Below, piece after piece: positions 52,861 to 64,000 of a stretch of 64,000 bases of DNA (positions are counted from its first letter, which is position 1; each line of letters starts with the position of its first letter). Below the pieces are notes generated by a model. That model saw nothing but the letters and a program-made list of their open reading frames with translations, was not told where the DNA came from and ran no database searches. The stretch covers positions 68,315,857 to 68,379,856 of the forward strand of contig NC_083407.1 of the NCBI RefSeq assembly GCF_020745735.1. The letters are read 5' to 3'. The DNA is from Hemiscyllium ocellatum. Taxonomy: Eukaryota. The translations under genes were made by a program, and so were the position numbers.

Positions 52861-53132
52861 AAGAGATCAAAACTCCAATCAGCAACTGGCTAACAGCAAA
52901 GAGTGGGAGGAAGAAGAGATGTCCTTATACAAAATATCAGACACTGGAATTAGAAAAAGAGTTTTTATTTAATATGTATCTGACTCGTGAGCGCCGTCTA
53001 GAGATAAGTAAGAGCGTGAATCTGACCGACAGACAAGTCAAGATCTGGTTTCAAAATCGCAGAATGAAGCTGAAGAAAATGAACCGGGAAACTCGAATTC
53101 GAGAACTGACCACGAATCTAACCTTCTCTTGA
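52861..53132 (+). CDS. hoxd10: Homeobox D10, exon 2
   Basis: Acceptor ctgctag|AA. Encodes [92 protein letters not shown] 1011 nt (336 aa). Confidence 0.97.
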
Positions 53133-54214
53133 GTGTGAAATACGATTCCACTGCGATCCCAAACATTTACTATTGTAATGGTTTACTGGAGACTGGAATC
53201 CTTCTCTTTCTCCACTCTGGGATATTGTCAACTATTCTGATTTGACCATTTTAGTGTTATGGTTGTTTGAAAGTACAATAGCACGTTTACTTAACAAGAA
53301 TATTTTCTAAGAAATTATTCTGTCTAACATGGGGCAAACTACTTACTTTGTTTAGTAAGTAGAACTTAAGTTATTTGACATGTTACAATTATTCGTGTAA
53401 TTTGGAGAAAGTGTACTGTACATCAGAACATCACATTTTACAAAATTAGGAAATACAGAAAAATGACATTTATTTAGTAATTACAAATCAGATGTGACAA
53501 TATCGTGAAAAGTCGTATGAGACACAGACAATTGGAATTGTTTATTTTAAGGTTACTCTTAAGCAGTGGTCCCACAAAATACTGTGTTAAACTCATGAGG
53601 TCTCTGGAAGAAATTCTTAAATCCTTTTTTGGAGTATGTGATGGAGTCGTGATGCAAATTTTCATGTCTATTTATATGCATGTGTCTGTTGCACGTATAT
53701 ATGTATATATATAAATATAAACAATAAATGCTAAATTAGATTTCAATTTCTTCAATCTATTTCACAACTTGAGAAGCCTTTGTCCATGGCCTAGGCGAAA
53801 TTGTTAAATTATTCGAGGATACTTCAACAAAAAGATTTAACAACGTCAAGCATAGTGTTTCTTACAATAGATAAAGGTTTAGTAAATGCAACGACGTGGT
53901 ACAAATATTAATAGAGATATTGATATAGGTGCTAATGCAGATATTAATTAATTACTATTTCCCAACACTACAGAGCATCACTTTACGTTTCCATAATTAG
54001 TAGAAGACTCACCCTGAATTGCTAGATTCTAAATTAAACAACAAATTTAGATTCTGCAGTGCGCCTAGTGTGGGACAAACCACAAAGCCTGACGTGTAGA
54101 TACCAATTTATCAAAACATCGTTTATTCTGTCCTTATACGTCTATTTTAGTTTTATAAAAAAGAATACACTGTAATTAGGAACTGGCCAAAAAAAAGGCA
54201 GACATTTATTTCAT

Positions 54215-54350
54215 GAAAGGCTGAATACTGGCAATTTAAAATAAAACAGAAAATGCCAGAAAACGACTGAAACTTCAGCTCGATTTCCCTCCGCGGATGC
54301 TGTCTGACCTGCTGAATATTTCTGATGTTTCCAGCATTTGTGTTTTGGTT
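54215..54350. mobile_element. Highly decayed palindromic Penelope-like remnant
   Basis: AAATAAAACAGAAAATGC...GGATGCTGTCTGACCTGCTGA...TTTCCAGCATTTGTGTTTTG shares motifs with the elements at 4029 and 20571. Confidence 0.55.
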
Positions 54351-57300
54351 ACATATTTATTCATACTTTGTCTCTTGGGCGATATGTGTGTCAATAATAA
54401 CCCATTCATTTCCTTTTATATGTTTGCAGCTAAATCTACGGTTGCGGCAGGAGTAAGTGGTGTCTAACTTAATTTGAATCAATGACATTCACTGTTAAGG
54501 TTTTCTGAGGAAATATTTACCGGGAATAGTAACCCGCTTTATTCACAAATACAAATCTGCTTGATCATTTATTTGAGTTGTACCCTAACCATCAGATCAA
54601 AACTATATTTTTTATGACTGCGACCTTGGACTCGTGATTCCCACATGTTCCATGCAAACGATCATTTTTGTGCTGAAGGGTAATTTTATCCGGTACGGAA
54701 TACTGAAGATATTTGGTTGCAGTAGGGGTCAAACATTATGAATTCAATGTTCGGTCCTTCTAGGAAGCGCAGCTGCATTTGTAACTGTCACCCCCGGCAA
54801 TAAAAAAAAAGCTGTAGTAACATGGTTGGATCTTCGATATTTTTAGCGCGCAACGTGACGGGTTTCGCATACTTTCGTGATCATTCTTCAACGCCATTCT
54901 TTAATCTAAATTTCATAGATACAGAAACAAATCTAAGCGTTAGGAGAGGAGAGTAGACTGAATAAAACGGCCAGTCAAAGTTTTAATTCGATACACTTAT
55001 TTATAGAGAAGGCTCCATCCAATTAATAAAGAGCGTCAGAAGTCAAGCTAAATCTGCATTTACGCATGCACTTTTTAAAGCCTACCGAGTTCCTACCCTT
55101 TATCAATAATTGTACAGGACTGTCCTTTAAGAAGAAGACAAAAAGACACGAAAACAATAGTAACAAGTACTCCACACTTAGTGTTATCTCAAAATGACAA
55201 AAGACTTCGATAATGTCATAAACATTATAAAGTCGTTAAAGAAAATATATATTCCGTGTGTCTGTCGCAAATGCTTTACACCGAAGGAAAATCGTGACAC
55301 ATTTGGAATCACAGAGTGTACAGGGACATTAAGAAAACAGGTCAAAATGAATTAACCATAATCATCAGCTCAATCAAGTCCAAGTTTGAAATAATGCATA
55401 GTTTTTACACAATCAAGAAACAAGCATTGCAGAAATCGTTTAGCATAATATTTGTTTTTAGCTACAGCCTCAGGAATGCTTTTTTCTCTCTCTCTAATTC
55501 TGTAGATTAGTCTACAGGGGAAAACAGCTTGCCCGATTCATTTGAACAACCGTCTGTGTACTTATTAAGCGAATTAATATGAGTGAGTCAATTTAAAGCT
55601 ATAACTGATGAAAGTACTTACTTCTCATTGAAAACAGTTAAAAATAGGAAAAGAAAATTCCCAGTTGGAGTTTAGTGGCATCCCGATCCATGCAAATACT
55701 CATATTATTTAAACATGACATTTTGGTTTTGTCTCCTGCATCACATGACAGGAAACTTACAAGAAAAGTAATCCTTTATCACTGGCGTACTATTTATCTG
55801 ATCTTTCACTTGCAAAGAGTTCCCTCAACTCGAGTTAATTTGTAAAGGTGGGCGAATAGTTGATAATGCACCTTAACCACATTAACTCTGCAAAAGACAA
55901 AGTTTTACTTGACTTGCTGTAAAATGGCAATCAACGAAAGGAAGTGCTTTCCGACGACATTCCTTATAAATCAGTCAACTTCATAAACAAGAAGGTTGTA
56001 GAAAATTGAGTTTATTTATGCGTTACCGAAATAATCTTATCTGTAATAATATAAACCATGCTGTTGTGTCGGCCTAACACGCACAGCACCTAACTGCAGC
56101 CTGGATTTCTTCCATTATTCTTAATTTCCAGCGTGAAAGAAACTAACTGCTATATTTGTGAATGAAGTAAATCAATTGCCGTCAATGTGCTCCTGTCGCT
56201 TCAATTTCCCAAAAACCAGCAACTTGCGAAATAAAAATCCGATCAGCAGGAAGGTGCTAACTAAAGTTCAGCAAGATTGTTAGTTATTTAACCTTAAATC
56301 TGACTTGGCAAACTAAACTTGAAAATTAGGTCTTCAAAGATAGCAGATTGTTTAACGAAAGTGACTTGAGTGCATTAAGGTAATGTGTAACAGTTCATAT
56401 CAGAGCGAGGTTGAGTTGAACGGTTCATATTGTGCGTTATGTTTCAACTTTCCTAATCTCCCCGTTTTGACCATTCACTATGATCGGTTAAGCATGTTTT
56501 CTTCTTGTTCACCTTGAAGAAAATACAAATAATAACGTATCTGCCCATAAACAAGAAAGTAAATCGAAGCGATAAAAATAAAGTTTGTTTTAATAGGATG
56601 GAGTTTGTGAGTCGTCCGTGAGATGGACACAATTAATGACTATAATCTCGTCATGGTGAATGTCAAGATTACTGCGCAGTTACTGACCATTTATTAAGAA
56701 AAATATTCGATCTGATCAAGAAAGATCAGTCGAAATGTATCTATACGAAAAACACCAAAATCCAAACTTTATTCCCTTTCTCACAAAGAAAGTTTGCCTG
56801 ATTTGTATCAGAGTCGACGGTCAGTGCATGTGCTTTCTGAAGAAGAACGACATTTCTCTGCAGCTGGTTCGTGGGTATCATATTCTAAAATTCGGAAACA
56901 ATTCAAACTTCTCGACCTTTTCTTTCAAACTCAGTGCAGTTCTCTATTGTATGGACCAGCATTGAAACACCGCACTGGGGCTGGGATGCATTTAAGTCCC
57001 CAACTGTGGGTACATTCGCCTCTTTGGAGTACCATGGTGCAGTAGTCTGCTGTAAACAGACCATGTACGGCAAACATATTTATAGACGGGAATACTCGCA
57101 CCTTGTGGGAACATTTTGGCGTCCAGTTTTGGTTAAGCGTGCTTTACTCTGCCAAAAGAGGCTTGTTTTATTAAAGACACATTAATGTATAATCAAATGC
57201 ACCTCATAAAATTTTTATTGATAGACATAAAAGCATTTATGATGGCTTCTGAGTACAGACTATAAAGGGGCGAGGAACCGTTTACTTCAAATGCAATGAT

Positions 57301-57958
57301 GTTTAAAACAAAATAAAATACTAGCTGAAGAAAATTCGAAGTGAGGAAAATAAACTCAGCAATACTCCAGATTTTAAAACAAGCAGCTCAAATCCTTCAT
57401 TTTACAACATGTCGTTTACTCCTTTTATGGGATAAAGCAATCAATGGTCTGTACAAGCTCTTTTCTAAATAGGGATATACAGTATAGAAGCACCAACGTA
57501 CCTCGAAGGTGTTTTCTTGCCGCTTTATTGCACTAAGCTAACAGATATCTGCTCTTGACATAGATCATGGACTACGCATTGCTGATTATGAAATGAGTGA
57601 CAGATATTAATTAGCTGACGGGAAAGTAGTCCCCCTGTTTCTCCAGAACTGGTTCAACTGCATTTGGAGAGGTTGCTCCTTTGGATCCAGCAGCATATTT
57701 CCAACAATCCTGTTCAAGTGATTTTGTTTTGTCCATTCATAGTGCATGGTTTTCAATTTGGTATAAAGCTGGACTAGGCCCCGTTGCGGTCAGGCTGATG
57801 GGCGGATTGATTTACTCTCTCTATTAGTAAATATAATCACGTGAGTCCCGCAACCAATAGCTGCAACTGTAGTCGGCAAAATACTATGATTGTTCTGAGT
57901 GAAGGTATCAGATACACTTTCCAGTGTAACCTTTTCTATGAAAGCGAGAGAGTCTAAA

Positions 57959-58505
57959 ATGTCGACCGGTGGCACTATACACAATTATTATGTTGATTCT
58001 TTAATAGGGCAGGAGACAGAGGACTTATACGCGACTAGATATGCCCAAGGCACAGCTTCAAGGCCATCAGGTGTAGCAGACACTTCAGATTTCTCTTCCT
58101 GCAGTTTTACCCCCAAGTCTACCGCATTTTCAAATCCCTGGTCTCCCGTTCACCCTCAATCCTCTGCCGCCGTTGCAGGAATCTATCATCCTTACATGCA
58201 TCAATCGCATCTTGCAGCTGGAGACAGCAGATATGTACGCTCGTGGTTAGAACCGATTTCCACTTCAGTCTCCTTCCCCGGATTCCATCCTAATGGCCGG
58301 CATTACGGGATCAAACCAGAAACTTTGTCAACCAAGAGGACTGAGTGCTCTTCCTATGAGCTGCAAACCCTCAGCCTACCGGACTTCACTTGCGGCTCTT
58401 ACCCAGAGTGCAGGGAGAAGCTTCCCAAGGAGCTTGGCTGCACCAGCTCCGAGACTACGAGCAACAGTGAGCACAAGGAGGAGAAACAACAGCAACTTGA
58501 CCCAA
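57959..58505 (+). CDS. hoxd9: Homeobox D9, exon 1 (upstream in-frame ATG at 57938)
   Basis: Contains MSTGGTIHNYYVDSLIG, SRYVRSWLEP, RHYGIKPE and KEEKQQQLDP; phase-1 donor CCA A|gtaagt. Confidence 0.96.
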
Positions 58506-59056
58506 GTAAGTGCAAAAATTGCAGCTTGATTTACAACCCCAACCTGTAGACCCGAGTATGCAAAGCTGATGGTTTTACAAACCTATAAAAACGTCTAGAC
58601 GCTTACCCTAGTCTGAAAAGCCACAGCCACAGTAAAGAGTTTATATTGTTTACAGGGAATTTTTACACACAAATTTGAGTCCGACATGACTTTAAGACGA
58701 CCATGCATTCCTTCTCGTTGCACTTTATAGGGCAATTTGAAAGTCGAAAGTAGATTTTTTTCCCCCAATTAAACTTTTGTAACTTTATTTTTCCATTATT
58801 TTCATCAAATATTATTTTCTGTTAAACAACAATCCATTTCAACACGACCCGAAATAGGTTGAAATCAATGTCTCAACTTCTCAGTGTATTAAATCTCACT
58901 GAACTTGTCAAGCACCCAGTGGGGGAGAGCACTGCAGATTTGATCAACATTATTGTGATTGTGGGCATTCTTTAAGCTGTCTAAAATTCCGTTGAAAATA
59001 TTCAGGAGATGTTCATGCTTAAGTTCTTGCTTTTTTCCCCCTCCCATTCCTTACAG

Positions 59057-59298
59057 ATCATCCTGCAATAAATTGGATCCACGCGCGCTCTACCAGGAAG
59101 AAGCGTTGTCCTTACACCAAGTACCAGACACTTGAATTAGAAAAAGAGTTTTTATTTAATATGTATCTCACCAGAGACCGGCGTTATGAAGTTGCTAGAA
59201 TTTTAAATCTTACTGAGAGGCAAGTAAAGATTTGGTTTCAGAACAGAAGGATGAAAATGAAAAAGATGAACAAGGTGAAAAATAACGAAGAGTCTTGA
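59057..59298 (+). CDS. hoxd9: Homeobox D9, exon 2
   Basis: Acceptor ttacag|AT. Encodes [82 protein letters not shown] 789 nt (262 aa). Confidence 0.97.
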
Positions 59299-61133
59299 AC
59301 GATCAGCTGCTTCTTAATTATAAGTCTGAAAATCCTACAGACAGTGTAAAAAGCGTTTTGTCTATCTAGTGGTGCCTAATCGAAGCACGGTTTATGTTTC
59401 CCAGTGTTGTCCTGCTCCAGAGCAACCTTGTATTTAAACAACTGACATTCACCCAGAGACTGTTCCTGATTTGCTGCTATTGGGATACATTAAACGGAAC
59501 TTAAACTGAAGTCAGCACATTGCCTGTCGTATTTTAAAAACTTTGACATGATTACAATATACATGTTTTATATAAAAACAAAATATGCATATTTGAATAT
59601 TTGTTTTGGTTGTGCATCTTGTAAAATGTATTTCCGCTGTACAGTTAGTGTATCATTTCGATATAAATATAAAAAAAGCAAACTCTTTGTCTTTCTATTC
59701 CATTTTTTTAAATTCAAATACTCAGTCAAATATGATACAAATGTCACTGGCTGAGCACCATTCAGTTACTTTCAAGTACAGTGACATTACCATCCTGTTG
59801 ATAAAGTGTCGAGCCGATGTACTATTTATTTTAAATATTTCAAGTGAAATTAGCAGGCCATCACGGTCATGATGGGAAGGCACATTTTTCGAACAACCCT
59901 AAAGTGTCATTAATCTAGAGGCACTTTGACTAAGGAACACAAATAAATTGAAAGGTGTTTAAATGTTGTTTTAATTTTAAAAAGGCATAGACATCTTTCT
60001 GTGCGTTTGGGACAATCTAAAGCAAGCTTATTTTAATAGCAAGTGAACATGATCTGCTTTAATTCTGTGTGCATTGCGTCACCTTCAGTAAAGATGTGCT
60101 TACTTGGATAAAATGCAATGTATTTAATGTAATGAAGATGTAAGAAAATATAGTAACACAGTAGCTTTTCGCTTACTCCCAGACCCTTTGCCGTCTTCAC
60201 TAGCTAACACTAGATGTGATAACAGATCTGACGCTGCACTGCAAACGTCAAAAGGCTAAGCAGAAAGTTCCATCCATGTCCATTGGTTTGTACCTCACGC
60301 TTTCTCGTCATGATAACAATAAAAAATTACAAAGATTTCAATTTTGCTGACTGTTTCAAAAGTCATTTATGATTCGATAAACTCTTTTGACTGTAAGCTC
60401 TTGGTCATTTAAAAGCAGACTGCAAGGTCATATCTTCCGTCAGAAGCGCACTCTATTGCCCCCACTTCTGTCCGAAAAGCCGCATTGCTAAATGGATGCT
60501 GAGATTATGATGACCCAAAGGGGATTTTGCTTAAATGAGCTGATCAACAGTCTAGTATTGACCTCGTGAAGGAAGAAGACTCCTGGTTGGTATAAATTGT
60601 AAAAACAATTCCGGAATCCTGTATTGTAATAACTACCAATTATCATCCAAACGCATACTGTCACATGTAGTCCAATAGCAAATGCAACTCAAAGTATTTT
60701 GTAAAATAAAGACATTTTTAATCAATAGACTTCGATTATTTTCTTAGTATGTGAGTTGGTATTTGCTCGAAGCAAGTTACTTTCGATCGGTTGTGTCGCA
60801 AAATGTCGATAGTTTATCGTCTGTTGTAGGAACAATAAGTTATTTATATTATTGTCGTTGGTATCCGACACATAGCACGTTGGAATGATTCATAGTTGCA
60901 AATACACTGGGTGCTTTAGTTAAAGATATAAAAATAAACAACGAAGCACACATTGCTGGCAAAACCCTAGTGCGGGTTTATCCACCTAAGTTGTCACAGG
61001 ACACTTTATTTCATGCCACTATCTCATTAATGTTTCAGACTGAAAACAATTGCGCGTCCTTGTAAAACTAGACCTTCATTCTTTTTGGAGAATCTTCTGA
61101 AAACTTTAGTGCTCAGAAGGTGTTGAATTACAA

Positions 61134-61146
61134 CGCCATCTATTGC
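61134..61146 (-). promoter_or_regulatory. CTCF-like motif
   Basis: Minus strand GCAATAGATGGCG versus consensus CCASYAGRKGGCR (2 mismatches). Confidence 0.5.
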
Positions 61147-62333
61147 CACAATTCTACATACAGTACTTTAGAACCGGAAGGAACGGGGTACAATAAACCC
61201 CACAACTGGCTAGACGTCTGACCTAATGACTTTATAGTTTTCTTCATGTAATTGCAGACTTCTTTGAAATCAACCAATTCAGATGTTTTTGGCTGTTAAT
61301 AACAAACAAAAACGCAGATACTGGTCAAAGGAGCGAAGGCAATCAATTCGTCTTTGTTTCTTGAGTTTGGACAAACTTATCTATTCCCAAACATACATAT
61401 AGGCAGTGCAGTGACTTCACCATAAGGCAAACTTATATATCGATTAATCCGCATATCTAGTTCAATAACAATAACATCGACGGGGAAACCTATCGGCTTA
61501 GGTCATTAACTGAAAAAGAAAGCGACAGAAAAAAAATGTGTATGTTCCAAGCATTTTCTTGAAAGATGCAAATGATTTATACGCTAATGTGTATGTCCGG
61601 TTGTTCAATGACAGTGGAAGCTAAAGTGAACACCACGCCCGTTAATGTACTTATTAATTTTGTACGTCCAAATTAATGTTTCTGACCCTGCACACATGTG
61701 CATGTGAATTTATTCACAAATTTAAACAAAATCAATAGCATCACATACAACATCCAAACGATAATTTCTCGGCCCTTTGGGAAACAAATTTGAATCTTTC
61801 CAGATATTTAATATTAGTTAGTAGTGTGGCTTCTGTTTATTTCTTTGTCTCTGTACACACGTGGAGTCACACATCTCTCTCACCACACTACCATCATCCC
61901 CAACCCCCCAGCCACGTAGTTTCTTTTCAGATCATAAAATCTAATATATATTTTTCTACTTTAATATATCTGCAATCAATTTGATATAACTTACATTTGT
62001 TTTAGGAAGAAATAAAATAGAATTGATCAACTGTTTTCTGTTCGATAGCAAAAGTGTGCAGTTTCAAACTATCATCTAACCTTTAAACGTGTAGATTCAC
62101 TGGGTGAGCCATGGACGCTGAGATTTGTTTTACAACGTGCACTACACATCAAGCAAAATTCAGTGACGGTTCTGAATAATTATATGTAAAGCAACCTTTA
62201 GCATTTATTAAGATTTCACTGGAACTCCTTTTTGTATTTCGTTTCTTTACAAGCATGTCAAATAGTTCTTGAATGATTCCGTGAAAAATCAAAGGAGTCT
62301 CAATGCGTTTTCACGTGTACTTCATGGGATTGT

Positions 62334-62347
62334 CCACTAGGCGGTGC
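62334..62347 (+). promoter_or_regulatory. CTCF-like motif
   Basis: CCACTAGGCGGTGC versus consensus CCASYAGRKGGCRC (2 mismatches). Confidence 0.5.
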
Positions 62348-64000
62348 TGTCGCTCCACTGTAACAATGTAAAAAACTGCAAATGAGAACAGATTCGCAGT
62401 AAATCGGTTAGAAGAAAAGTCATAAGTTTTCATAGTCAGATCACATTTTGAAAACGTGAATAATGGTACTATCTGTAGCCTGGCTTTTTGGACTAATTTC
62501 AAAGTACAAGCTTAACAATTATAATCTTAAATTAGAAAAAAACAAACGCTCTAAATCAAACGGATGTAAGCATTTAATCAATTCAAAATAAACGATTCCA
62601 TATAACATTTTAGAAATTTATTACAAAATAGAGGCAAAGTGGAAACTTTCGACTTTAAACGACTTGCGTGAAGAATGTGAACGATTTTCTATTAAAATTC
62701 ACATCGATTGCAACTATAACTTTCACAAGAACACACCATTTTGGCATCTGCATTCTCCTTTGTTGCAGTGATGCCCATTTCTCTAAACTATAAAATATGA
62801 TGTTTGGGCAATAGATTGATGTTGTATGCTACTATCATAGTCATCTACGTTTTGGAGTGGGGTTCCAGAAGAAGGATTTCAGAGTTTTTTTTTCTTTTTC
62901 ATTGCTTAATACACATCACTATTCGGTAACGAAAAGTGAAATTGTACAAGCGACTACAGAAATATCACTTCAAATGGATTGCATTTCCAGCTAATTTTAC
63001 GAAAGCGTATAATTCTCAAGCTTAACGGCGTAAGTTTCGATTCATTTTCTCGTGCATCCCAGTATCAAAACAGCAACGAAAAGGGGATTCGGCCTACGTT
63101 TAAAAAAAACGCTGGCCATCAGTTTTACCAGTTTCCCCTTGCAACGCTTCTTTTAAAATTATGTTCGAATCATTTTAATAAATTATGAGCAATTTGAACT
63201 ATTTGCAATAGTTACAGATTTGTTAAACACTCTCCCGTATGTCCCGGAGTAAATTGGCTCCATTTTAAAAAAAATATTTCGCAGAGAAAGAAATGAGGGC
63301 CTGGCGCAAAGGCTACATTTGTATCTAAGCAATGACTTTTGATGTATCTCCACAACAAAGAATATTTCCAAGATTTCGGCAAAAAAAACTTTGCTACCTT
63401 TTTTTTATTAGCACGTGTACTTAGCTGTTTGATATTAGGCTTGAACGCCGCTGTCCATTGCTTTATTGCGAATAATGCTGTACGCATTCATTTGTCGTTG
63501 ATGACTGCGGAATTATTTAGTTAATTCAACGTGGAGAACTCATCTTTCGGATTTCTGAGGCATTTTGTGACGATTAGACAAGGCGTTTTGTAATCCCTTC
63601 TGATAACACAGCAAAAAGGATGTAAACTGAAGCTTAAAGAACTCACACTGAAATTAGCGATTGGTATATGTGGACATTCCAATTTATGTTGCAGAATCTT
63701 GTTCAACACGTAAATTAATTTGCATGCTTTCTACAAAAAAAAGGACGAGGCGAGAGATTCTGCTCATAACATTTATCCTTCTTGTAAATGCGCTCAAATG
63801 AGGTGAGCATTTCAACAAGATGGATGTGGCCGAAGAGTAAATTTCCATGTATAAGTACGTACACGATATTCAATCTATTTATCGCGTTACCGATTAATGA
63901 GAATATTCCGTTCATTAAAAAGTGCGGGTTTGTCGGAGATTTTAGTGATAAATACGATCAGAATCTGTGATTATCATGCAATTTTAACAAGAAAACCTGA

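Noticed and set aside
53133-57958. miR-196 between hoxd10 and hoxd9, including a small hairpin at about 56058-56095 (TGCTGTTGTGT...ACGCACAGCA) with faint similarity to miR-196 arms
   Set aside because: I could not find the mature TAGGTAGTTT sequence or seed, the stem is too short, and HoxD clusters generally lack miR-196. At most an unprovable relic.
1-64000. CRISPR arrays, tRNA/rRNA genes, transposase or reverse-transcriptase ORFs
   Set aside because: None seen. This is eukaryotic Hox-cluster DNA, and the remaining short ORFs in the track look like random AT-rich open frames.

Overview
Eukaryotic (vertebrate) genomic DNA. This is the posterior end of a HoxD cluster from a cartilaginous fish, most likely a shark: an intact HoxD14 is present and the repeats look shark-type. 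Gene order: first exons and promoter of lunapark (lnpk, -), evx2 (-, 3 exons), then on the + strand hoxd14 (3 exons, intron inside the homeobox), hoxd13, hoxd12, hoxd11, hoxd10 and hoxd9 (2 exons each). The window ends before hoxd8. All seven homeobox genes splice into uninterrupted ORFs with GT-AG introns. Most interesting observations: (1) a recurring nuclear-receptor element (TGACCTTGA / DR0, NR6A1-like) upstream of successive posterior Hox genes; (2) upstream AUGs encoding paralogue-type N-termini, in frame in hoxd13 and hoxd11 but out of frame in hoxd10, where it forms an overlapping uORF; (3) a HoxD14 homeodomain with Thr at DNA-contact position 47; (4) palindromic Penelope-like insertions, one with a minimal hammerhead-ribozyme core; (5) oriented CTCF-like motifs. 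Comparisons with human or mouse sequences and repeat consensi are from memory and were not run.
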